64,000 bases of DNA from Isurus oxyrinchus (Eukaryota): NCBI GenBank assembly GCA_026770705.1, contig JANJGN010000041.1, forward strand, positions 4,216,001 to 4,280,000, given 5' to 3'. The notes below the pieces were generated by a model. It saw only the letters and a list, made by a program, of their open reading frames with translations, was not told the DNA's origin and did not search any database. Of the stretch, positions 1 to 11,099 are shown piece after piece. The stretch's first letter is position 1. Each line of letters opens with the position of its first letter. A program made the position numbers and the translations under genes.

Positions 1-83
1 GGCACGACCTCCCCTTCAAGAAACCATGCTGAAATTGCCCGGTTTTACCATGTACTTCCAAGTAGTCTGAAATCTCATCCTCT
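1..83 (-). mobile_element. CR1 LINE reverse transcriptase fragment (runs off window edge)
   Basis: Minus strand reads DEISDYLEVHGKTGQFQHGFLKGRSC, the CR1 RT QHGFxKGRSC motif. Confidence 0.85.
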
Positions 84-194
84 CAGGCGCGGCATGCTGA
101 AGTACAGAGACACCCGAGTCTCCCACTGCAGATGCTGGTGAACGTCTGACTTTGCATCCTCCAGATCATTAAAAAAAATGTTTCCCATATCTGA

Positions 195-520
195 ATTCTC
201 GCCAAATACCGTTCACCTATCATACCTGTCCTCGTTGACCTGCATTGATTCTTGGTTTCAGAATTACAATTAACCTCAGTTTTGTCAAATCACAATATGG
301 CTTTTACTTCCATTTCTCTGAAGGACCGCCCAGCCCGAAAACACTGTGAGGCATCTCCACACCTCAAATCATGCGGCAGCCAAGGCTTCAATAACTCCAG
401 CATCGCTGGTCGTGCCTTCAGCTGCCTGTGATGTTAGCTCTGGAACTAACTCCGCCAAACTCTCTGCCTTTCACCCACTTCCATTCTGTTACCTCCTTTA
501 ATTTCACCCCTCCTCTCCCA
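195..520 (+). mobile_element. Decayed L2-like LINE 3' region
   Basis: SPIIPVLVDLH*FLV resembles ITPVLxxLHWLPV; further on GRAFSCL...LWN, typical of the L2 ORF2 C-terminus. Confidence 0.55.
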
Positions 521-884
521 GGCTTCTCATCTCTCAACATTTCACTTTCTGCAGTCCAGTAGCTGCTTTACTTCACATCAGTGAAATGTATTTTTGGTTT
601 TCTGACAGCAGTGACTACATTTTAAAAGGACACCATTGTTTTTAGTGTTTTTGGATCTTGAATTTGGGACCCACAATATATATCCTTTCATAGAAAAATG
701 GAAAGGATAAACATAAACACGGAAGTAGGCCAGCCAACCCATTGTGAATGTGATTTCAATACTCCTTTGGAGCCCTTCTGCTTCCCTGCACCACTTAGCG
801 AGACCATAACCTCTCCATTACGGCTGACCCTACTTCCCGCCTCCTGACAATATTGCACATCTACCAAAGCCCTTGAGTCCCCCT

Positions 885-1345
885 TATTGCTGTTCTCCAC
901 CGACTGAAACTCTTTCCAGCCATCTGACCGCCCTTTGCCATGCAGAGGAACTCTCTGCAGCCGTCTCATCTTCTTTCTCCACTCAGTTAATCTCGTCCCA
1001 ACATTCTAATCATCATTCCCCATCCACTAAAATACCCGCCATTCATCTGATCGCACTCCCCTACCCACTGAAACTCTTCCCAAAATATCTGATCTCCCTA
1101 ACCCACCCGCTGGAATTCTTCTCAGTCCTCGATCTCAGTTCACCGCCGACTGAAACTCCCCCCTGTCCTCTGATCGCCCTCTTCCCAGACCTACACGCTC
1201 TGAAACTCTTTTCATCCCTTTGATCGCCCTTAGACACCCAATTAAAACCTTCCCAACACTCTGGTCTCACTTTGTCACACATTGAAGCGAGTCCCCAACA
1301 AATGAAACTCTTTCCCATTGCTTTCACTCACTCACTACACTCTGT
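885..1345. repeat. Degenerate ~40-bp C-rich minisatellite
   Basis: Recurrent motifs (c)cactgaaactct / ccgactgaaactc and tctgatcgccct at roughly 40-bp spacing. Confidence 0.6.
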
Positions 1346-2699
1346 TCAAATTCAACATCCTGGAAAATATTTATCATCTGCCGAACGTGTTTCCACGCTG
1401 TAAATGTTTTTTTTTTAAGTTTCTCTGACACGCTAAAAAATTATGTTACAAAACAGAGCAAGTCCATTTGTCTACCCTGTGCGAGGATGGATGCGTTGGT
1501 AGAGCCTCGGTTTGAAAACTGAGGGCCCAGGTTTCCCAAAACTGTCTGAATGCTGCTTCCTGCAAAACTCAGTCAATTCCCGTGAAGACATGTAAAATGA
1601 GAAATTGCCATTCAATTACGCTTCTCCCTCAATGGAAATGATGGAGATTCTGCTTGAAACTGCAAACATGTCCAGGCTATCACCATTTCGGCAATCACGA
1701 TCGTTTTATTCTTGACTAACAACTGAATCAAATGGTGTTGGGCTTGGGAGGGCAAGAACATGAGGGCACAATCATACCAACCATGTTATTATTAAATGAG
1801 GGAACAGGAAAATGGGCCGAATGGCCCACTATTGCACCGAATTCCTAAGTTCTAGACACTGCCCCGTGCGCACAAATACTGAACCTCCCTTCGTGCCCCT
1901 TCCCCATCCCGTAAACCATTCCCCAATTCCGACCCCCTTTCACCATACACTTCAAAACCGCCAGCACTTTCTCTGCACCCTGATATTTGTGAGGTATCTT
2001 AGGCCGTGAATGTTCAGAGCGCTGACACCCTGAGACACCTGTTTTATCCCGGTCGGCATCTGAATGTGTTGTTCTGAAATTTCAGAGGTTCCCTTCAGTG
2101 AACTCCTCATTCCATTCCGTCTAATTCCCACATCTTCGTCAAGCCTCATAACGTCCTCAATCACCTTGTCATGAGACATCCTTATCTCCAAGTGAAACTA
2201 GACACGGGCAATAAGAAGTGATTAATGCAATAAGTTTTATTTCAGAGAGAAGCCCATTATTCAGAAAGCAGTATCACAGGGTCAAGGGTCACTGATATCA
2301 ACGATCAAACAGAGCTTGTTCCCAAGTAACGAAGATAATATTCACTACGAGCTCGGAGAGCAAATCATGTCAGAAATCCATCACTGGATGTTACTGTTTT
2401 GGTCTAGAGGAAACCATCACGTTCCTTTCACGGAAGGCAAAATGGTCGTTGCTTCCAGACATCCAAATCCTATAACTTCCTCCGTCCACACTGCCGAAAC
2501 ATGGTAACCCTGCAAACCGAAATAAAGTAGGAACGTGCATCTATTTAATGAGAGCCCACACTTCCCTCCCTCCCCTGGATCTTTACAGACACGCGCTTTG
2601 CGTGAAAGTCATTCCAAGATTTTTTTTTCTGAGTGGGGGCACGACTACATTCACAATCTGCGACCAAAGATAGTGAAATGGAAGCTCCAACATTTAAGT

Positions 2700-3010
2700 C
2701 GAGCCATTTCCTTTCATTGAACGGTCCAAAGATTTTAAGGGACCATGGATATTTCCGAACTTCCGAGAGAGTTTTATGGAAAACACTGCAGCCAACCAGC
2801 TTTTAGCAATCTCCCACGAACAGAGACTGAGATTAGACAGTCTGAGGAAACTCAGGTCATGTTGAGAGAGTGGTGTTCTTCCAGGACACCGCAGAGATCT
2901 GCCAGATGATCAAATCATTTATCTGACATAGTCTTTCTGATGAAGAGGTGGACTGGATCTGTATTATATGTTTCATTCAAACACTGACACATCCAACAGT
3001 GCAGCACGCT
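2700..3010 (-). mobile_element. Decayed DeuSINE (SacSINE1/AmnSINE-like) fragment
   Basis: Minus strand gcgtgctgcactgttgga...ggtgtcctgg...gtgggagattgct...ttggctgcagtgtttcc follows the Deu-domain order (recalled consensus). Confidence 0.5.
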
Positions 3011-3569
3011 ACAAGCAAACTTTCCACAAATATATTCCGAACTTTCGCACTTCACAGCAGGTAGCAGTGATCGCGAGTTGCTACTGGGGTCCACCCCTAT
3101 GAGGTGCGTGTGTGCAAGACCAACTCTAGAGTATCATTTGCAGGTCATTCGTCCACTTGTGTCCACCAGCCGGCGCAGCCCCTTTCTTAGTGCTGTGTTC
3201 AGATCAGCTCCCAAGATCTGCCATTCCCTCTAGCTGCTCAACTAGCGGCTAAATATTCAGTGAATTAACCTGTAGAACTGTTCAATGTTAAATCCTTCTG
3301 CTTCACGCAGAATCATCATAATTCAGCAGATTAACACATGATTTTAAAACATGAAATTTAAAAAAAAATCAAACAGTACGAAAACTGACTACTGAGTGAT
3401 TGGAGAAATTTAGAACCATATACCTCTGTGTCTCAGTGGGGACATCCCTCCAACAATGGGACTGGGCTGAATGAGCATTAAAACTGCTATCAGCAAGATG
3501 GGATTTTTCATCATTTTCAGTGGATTTGCTCGGAGTTATTATCAGGATGCTGGACTTGAAGTGTCCTAT

Positions 3570-5195
3570 TCCAATTTCCAAGGTAGGAACTGAAAGAATC
3601 ATTATTAGTAGAGAAATTGTGTAGGAGAAGTTAATGGGATTGAAGGCCATTTATCCCCAGAGTCTGACAATCTACATCAATGTTCACTTAAGGAGGCGGC
3701 CCCATACATAGTAGATGCATTGGGGGACATCTTCCGACATACTAAAGACTCTGGTACAGTTCTAACAGATTGGAGGATAGCTAATGCAACCCCACTATTT
3801 AAGTAGTGTGGTGAAAGGAAAACAGGGAATTATAGAACAGCCTGTCATTGGTAGTGGGGAAAATTCTACAGTAAATTATGAAAGATTTCATAGGTGTGCA
3901 GTTGGAAAACAGTGGCAGAATCGGACTGTTTCAGCATGGATGTACGAAAAGGAAATCACGCTTGAAAAATGTATTGGAATTTTTCACGGATGGAACTCGT
4001 AGATTTGATGAGGGGCAGCCAGTTGATATGGCTGCTTAGGACATTCGGAAGTCTTTCTACAAAGTGCCATGTAAGAGATTGGCGTCTAAAATTAAAGCGC
4101 ATGAGATTGGGGGTTGTGTATTGAGATGGATATAAAACTTGTTGAAAGACAGGAAACAAGTGTCGGAATAAGTGGATTTTGTTTCCAGATGGCAGGCAGT
4201 GACTAAAGGGGCACGGCAGGGATCGGTGATGGGTCCACAGCTATTTCCAATATATATTAATGATTTAGATGAGGGAATTAAATGTAGTTAATCCGAATTT
4301 GCAGTTGAGACAACGCTGAGTGGGAGGGTGAGCTGTGAGGAGGAAGCAGCGTTTTTTCAGTGTGACTTGGACAAGCTGGGTGAATGGACAAATACATGGT
4401 AGATGCAATAAAATGGGGATACACTTTGGTAGCAAAAACAGGAAGGCAGGTTATTATCTAAATGGCTACAAATTGAGGGAGGTGAATGTGCAAATAGACT
4501 GGTGTATCCGCGTAAACCAGTCGCTGAAGTTAAGCATGCATGTGCAACAAATGGTAAATATGGCAAGTTAGAGGACAGGAGCAGGGGTGTCTTGCTGCAA
4601 TTGTACAGAGCCATGGTAAGACGACACCTGCAATGTTGTCTGCAGCTTTGGTCTCCTTATCTGAGGAAGGATGTTATTGCTATAGAGGGAGCGCAGCGAC
4701 TGTTTAACAGACTGATGGGTGGAATGGCAGGACTGACATATAAGGGGATCATTGAATCCGTTAGAATTTTATTCGCTGGACTTCAGAAGAATGACTGGGA
4801 ATCACATAGAAATATATAAAGCTCTAACAGGACGAGGCGCTGCAAATGCAGGAAGGACATTCCCGATGGTTGGGAACTGTACAACCAGGGGTCACAGTCT
4901 GTGGATATGAGGGAGACCTTTAAGGACTGAAATGAGGAGACATTTCCTCACTCAGAGAGTGGTGGGCCGTTGGACTTCGCTACCACAGAAAGTAACTGAG
5001 GCCAACATATTGCAAGTTTTCAAGAGCGAGTTGGATATTGCTCTTGGGGGCGAGAAGGATAAAAGAGTATGGGCAGAAGGCGGGAGCAGAATATTGAGTT
5101 GGATGATCAGCCATGATCATAATGAATGGCTGATGAGGATAGAAGTGCCGAGTGGCCTACTCCCGCTCGTATTTATCTTTCTATGTTTCTATGCT
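3570..5195 (+). mobile_element. 5'-truncated CR1 LINE (RT region to 3' tail), inactivated
   Basis: DWRIANATPLFK, QHGC (QHGF-like), QGSVMGPQLFPIYINDLD, LQLYRAMVRRHLQCCLQLWSPYLRKD, MRRHFLTQRVV; 3' tail ...ttctatgtttctatg; many stops and frameshifts. Confidence 0.9.
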
Positions 5196-5679
5196 GTTAC
5201 TCGAGCTCTTTGCATTTCATTTCTTTCCTTCGCATTCCTTCCTGAGATCAACCACCGTTCCCTGAATATCAAAAATTTTTCAGCAATGACATTTTCTATG
5301 AATTATGTACATCTTTGTCAATGCAAATCCCATGACGTTTCGGTTAAGCAGACCAACATATGTCAGAAAGTTGGGGGGATCCTTGAATGTGTCTGAGATA
5401 ATTCATTCTCTGACAAACAACAAGGGGTAAACCGGTGAATGAGAAGGGCAAACGACATTGGAAGGCTGCTCAAAGATAATTTAAATGGTTAAAGACCCCA
5501 ACTTATAGCCCAACCTGCAACACAACTAATTTCCAAAATGACATCCGAGGTCAAGAAAAAACTATGAGACGGGAAGAAAATAATTACCTCAATAAATGCA
5601 GTAAACACTGATCCTGGTACATGGTAAACATACAATGAGCAGCAAATGGCGAAAATCATTTGAATGTGGGAACAAAATG

Positions 5680-6600
5680 TAATATTTCAAAGGTCGCTGT
5701 CAACACGGAACTTAGTGGCAATATGAGCGGTCATGAGTGTGTGAAGAGGCATCAAGATGATTTAGACAGGTACACAGAGCGGCAAATTGATGGCAAATGA
5801 AAGATAACGACTACAAGTGTGGATTTATGGACATTGGTAGGGAAAGAAAATAATGGATAGACTTTTAAAAATGTTAATAGAGTTGGTAATGTTGATTTAA
5901 ATAGGACATGGGTGTTCTTGTACACCAATCACTGAAGACAACCTACAGGCTCAGGAAGCTGTTGAGAAAGCACATGGTGTGTTAGGCTTCATTGCCAGAG
6001 GACTTAATTACAGGATCAATGATGTCTTACTTTAGCTTTATAAGGGCTTGCTGAGACCACACTTGGAGTATCGTTTGCAGTTGTGGCCTCCGTTCCAAAG
6101 TAAAGATATATTGCCACATAAGGGGTGCAGGGAAGTTTCACCATAATGACTCCAGTGATGGCAGGTTTGTCTTATGAGGAGTAATTTGGCCATTGCTGGC
6201 GTTTAGATGAATGAGAGGGGATCACATTGGAACGTATACCATTTTGATAGGGATGTATAGATCGGATGCAGTGAAGATCATTTCTCCGGCTAAGGGGTCC
6301 AGAAAAATGGGGTCAGATCTCAGGATAGGGGCTAGGCCACTCAGGACTGAGATGAAGAAAAATACTCTTCACTCAAAGAGTATTGGACATATGGAATTCA
6401 CTACCACAGAACCCTCTATAGGCCAGATAAGTGAATATGGTTAAGAAGGAAATCGATAGATTTCTGGGCGCTAAAGGTTGGAAGGGATGTGGGGACAGGG
6501 CCAGAGCACGGCGTAATTTTAGAGAATCAGCCATGATGAGAATAAATGTTGGAACAGGTTAGGAAAGCAGAGACTCCTATTCCGATGTTCCATGTTTTTC
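5680..6600 (+). mobile_element. CR1 LINE 3' fragment
   Basis: LYKGLLRPHLEYRLQLWPP and LRTEMKKNT motifs, followed by a CR1-type tail. Confidence 0.85.
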
Positions 6601-6639
6601 GGAAATGAATAGTCAGAAGCAATGTAAGGCAGGTTTTAT

Positions 6640-7430
6640 CAGTTAATGACGCCATTGTCCATCATAATAAGGAGGTGGCAGACATGTTGAATAAGTACAT
6701 TCTATCAATAATTAATGTTAGTGGAGAGATCAACATGCTTGGCATCAGAAGGAAATTATTACTCAATCAGAGCAAAGGCTCAACAACGTTAATATAAGCA
6801 GGATAAGAGAAATTAAGAAATTAATTGTTCTAAAGGCTGAAAATATTTCAAGACCAGGCTATTGCATTGCAGAATCTGTAAGGATGTAATCAGGCTTGTT
6901 GTAGATGTATCTGACCATATAATGACAGTTTTCTATACTTGGCTACAGCCCTTAAGTTTGGAAAATATTGCTTGTCTTTCCGCCATTTAACAACGATGTC
7001 AGAAGGAAACCATCGAATTATCGGCCAGTAAGACTAGTTTTCCTTAGTTGTCGGGAAATTAGCACAAGTCTCTCTAATGTGTGACAGATAGAGATGTTTA
7101 TGCTAATCAGAGAAAGTCATCATTGGTTTATAAATGGTAGGTTATGACTGGAAAAAATCATTAAATTTATTGAAGTGCTTACTCAATAATTTGACAGTGG
7201 AATGTCTATGGGCTTTAGGTGTATCAACACCCAATGGACACCTGATAAATTCGTGTATAAGAGATTTCTAGATGAATTTCATACTGATGGAAATGAAGTG
7301 CAATTAATAATTTTGCCGGGGCCGTGGCTCGGGGCAATTGGCAATAATTACGATTGGCAGGTTGTGGCTGACAATGCCCAGAAGGTTCTCAACTATTCAC
7401 TGTAGTTACTATTAACTTAGATGATGATTA
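6640..7430 (+). mobile_element. Highly decayed CR1 RT fragment
   Basis: ccatcgaattatcggccagtaagacta (NYRPVxL) and agtcatcattggtttataaatggtaggttatga (QHGFxxGRSC-like). Confidence 0.7.
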
Positions 7431-7449
7431 GAAGACCACGATCATAAAA

Positions 7450-7797
7450 CTAATTCGTATTAACTGAAATTTGAAAGCTCCCCTCAAACATCCGCCTCCA
7501 GGGTAGAATTGTCAGTTCCTGCCTAATATTGTTATAATCAGCCTTCCCCCAAATAAGCACCTTAGCCCGAGGAGTCCTGTTCTCCTTATCAGTACCTTGA
7601 AATTACTGAAACATTATGACTTTTCCAAAATTCTCCCCAATGAAAGTTTGACCACCTGGCGGGTTCATTCCCTAATACCAGGTCCATTATTACACCGTCC
7701 CTAGTTAGACTATCTACTTATTGTCTCAAGAAGGCATCCTGGATGTACCTTACAAATTCTGTACCATCCAAACCCGTAGCACTAAGTGATTCCCAAA
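7450..7797 (-). mobile_element. CR1 APE endonuclease fragment
   Basis: Minus strand: GLDGTEFVRYIQDAFLRQ*VDSLTRDGVIMDLVLGNEP, matching CR1 FLxQxVxxPTRxxAxLDLVL. Confidence 0.8.
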
Positions 7798-7799
7798 AT

Positions 7800-10700
7800 A
7801 TTATTCTGACAGTCCTCCGGCTCTGTATCCTGAAAGATAGTGTCCTCAATCAATTCCTGCAGAGCCAGGTCCCTGCTCTATAACCTGATTGGCAGTCTCC
7901 CCAATAAATTGCAATATATGAATGGCCCCTGGCTCTGTAATCTGAGTGACTGTGTCCTGAATCAATTACTTTACTGACCGGGCCCTGGCTCTGTAACATG
8001 AGTGAATGTTTTCCCAATCAATCACTGTACTGACTGTGCCCCGGTTCAGTAACGTCAGTGACAGCCTGCGCAAACTATTGCTGTTCGAACAGGCCCTTCA
8101 CTCTCTAAACTGAGTGACAGATTCCCCAATGAATTAAACTTCTGAGTTATCCCTGGCTCTGTAACCTGAGTGGCAGCCTCATCCATTCATTCCTGCACAG
8201 ATTGGTCCCCAGCTCTGCAACCTGGGAGAGAGGCTCCCATAGCAATTAATGTACTCTCTGCTCCCCGGGCCTGTAACCTGAGCGACATTATCTCCAAACA
8301 CTTGCTGTTCTGGTGGGCCCCTGTTTCTCTAACCTGAGTGACCACCCAATCTATTACTATACTGACAGGCCCCTGGCTTCGTTATCCAAGTCACAGCCTC
8401 CCCGATCAAGTAAGTTATTGACTGGGCCCAGGCTGCTTTACCGGAGGGACAGGCTCCCCAATCAATTAGAATATTGACAGGTGCCTTGCTCAAAGACTTG
8501 ATTGACAGTCTCCTCAAATCAGTTACGGTCGTGAATGATAGGTGTCTCAGTATCCGGAGTGACAGTCTCCCCAATCAGTTCATGTTGTGACTGTCCTCGG
8601 CTCTGTAACCTGAGTGACAGTCCCTCAATGAATTCCTTTAGTGACAAGGTCCCTGCTCCGTTAGCTGAGTGCCAGTCTCCCCAATCTATTCCGATACTGA
8701 CTGAACTCCGGCTCTGTAACCTGAGTGACAGTCCCTCAATGAATTCATGTAGTGACAGGCTCCCTGCTCCGTTAGCTGAGTGCCAGTCTCCCCAATCTAT
8801 TCCGATACTGACTGAGCTCCGGCTCTGTAACCTGAGTGACAGTCCCTCAATGAATTCCTGTAGTGACAGGCTCCCTGCTCCGTTAGCTGAGTGCCAGTCT
8901 CCCCAATCTATTCCGATACTGACTGAACTCCGGCTCTGTAACCTCAGTCACAGCCTCCCCTACAAATTACTTTATTGACTACCGCCGGCCGTTTTGCCTG
9001 AGCTACGGACTCCCCAACCAATTATCATTCTGCCAGACCACCTGGCTCTGCAACCTTAGGTACAGTCTCCTCATCAATTTACACTTTTGACTGGCCCCTG
9101 GCTCTGCAACCGGAGTAACAGTCTCCTCAAGAAATTCTGATATTGCCTGTCCCCGTGCTCTTTAACCTGAAAGAAACTTTCCCCAAACAATTCCTAGAGT
9201 GAGTTTCCCCGGATCTGTAAACTGAGAGAAAGTCTCCTCAATCAGTCACAATACTTAGTGGCAACTGTTTCTGGAGTCTTAGAGAGATATTCTCCCCAGT
9301 CGGTTACATTCCTGACTGGGCCCCTACTCTCTAACCTGAATGACATTCTCCACAGTCAATTATTTTCCTGACTGGGCCCCGACTCTGTAACCTGAGTGAA
9401 AGTCTCCCCAATAAATTACAAATTCATGAGTGGCTCCTGACTCTGAGTGACTGTCTCCGCAATCAATTCTGATAGTGACTGCTCCCTGTTCTGTAACCCG
9501 ACTGGCACTCACCAAAATCAAATACTATCTTCAATGACCACTGGATATTTAACTTGATTGACAGTCACCCCAATCAATTACTATTTTGAATCACCCCTGG
9601 TTCTGTAACCTGAGTCAAAGTCTTCCCAAACCATTCCAAAAGTGATTGACCCCGGCTCAGCAACCAGGGTGACAAACTCCAGAATAAATTAATATGGTGA
9701 CTGGTCCCCGTCCCTGATGCCTGAGCGACAGGCTTCACAGAAAATTATTCTGCTAACAGGCCCCTGGCACTGTAAGCTGAGTGGCGTTCCTTTCAATAAA
9801 TTCCCACAATGACTGGTCGAGGCTCGGTATACTTGGTGACAGTCTCTTCAATCGATTCCTATATTGTGCTGCCCCCGGCTCCATAATCTGTGAGACAGTC
9901 CCCTCAATGAATTCCTGTAGTGACAGGCTCCCTGATCTGTAACATGATTGGCGGACTCCCCAAAAAATTGCTATAAATGAGTGAACCGGCTCTTTAAACT
10001 GAGTGACTGTGTCCCCAATCAATTACGACTCTGAATGATCCCTGGCACTGTAAACTGAGTGACAGTCTCCACAAACTATTGGTGTACTTAAAGGCCCTTC
10101 GCTCTCTAACCTAAGTGACAGATTCCCCAATCAATTACAATCCTGAATTATCCCTGGCCCTGTAACCTGGGTGAAAGCTTCATCAAATAATTACTATACA
10201 AACTGCTCCACGGCTCTGTAACCTGGGTGACAGGCTCCCCAATCATTTAATATACCGACTGTCATGCGGGCATGCGACCTGAGTGACAGACTACCTGATC
10301 AATTACTCGAATGACTGTCCACTGCTCTGTAACCTCAGTGACGATCTCTCCAAACACTTAGAGTTCTGACAGGTCATTTTTTTCACTAACCTGAGTGACA
10401 ATCCAATTTATTTCGATACTGACCAGCCGCTGGCTCCATAACTTGAGTCACGGGCTCCCCGATCAATTTTTCTATTGACTTGGTCCCGGCTCTGTAAACT
10501 GAGTGAGAGTCTCACCAATATATTACAATGCATGAGTGGCCCCAGGCTTTGTAACGTGAGTGGCTGTCTCCCCAATCAATTGTGATAGTGACTGTCACTG
10601 GCTCTGTAACATTGTTGGTAGTCTGCTCAGTCTACTGCAATGCATGAGGGACCACCGTCACTGTTACCAGAGTGATAGTCTCCTCGTTCAATTCCTATAC

Positions 10701-11045
10701 CAATTGGCCCCTAGTTCTGTAGCCTGAGGGACAATCTACCAATCAATTACTTTAATGTCTGTGCACCGGCTCTGTAACCTGAGTGACATTTCGCCCAATC
10801 CGTTTTATATAGTGATGACACTCTGGCACAGCAACAATGGCGACAAGTCCCCACATCCTTTCACTGTATTAACATCCCGTGGCTGTGTAAGCAGAGTGCC
10901 TGCACCACATTCCATTAACACAGTGCTACACACTCTACCACAAATTGTTACCGAAGTTACAGTCACCAGCTGTGTAACTATCGTGACAGTCACCCACTAT
11001 AATACGCCAGTGACTGCCTCTAGCTGTGTAACACATTCAGAAAAA
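7800..11045. repeat. ~56-bp minisatellite array (~55 units), consensus ggctctgtaacctgagtgacagtctccccaatcaattactatactgactggcccc
   Basis: Unit is directly visible throughout; a near-identical 111-bp dimer starts at 8598, 8709, 8820 and 8931. Confidence 0.95.
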
Positions 11046-11099
11046 CCCTGAATGTTTATGATTCAAAAGGCAATCATTCGGATGGCGAGTCTGCACTGA

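Noticed and set aside
8535-8978. 147-aa ORF with a 37-aa repeat
   Set aside because: By-product of the 111-bp repeat being a multiple of 3; neighbouring units contain stops and there is no gene context.
7800-11045. CRISPR-like periodic array
   Set aside because: Vertebrate DNA; whole units are homologous with no unique spacers and no cas genes.
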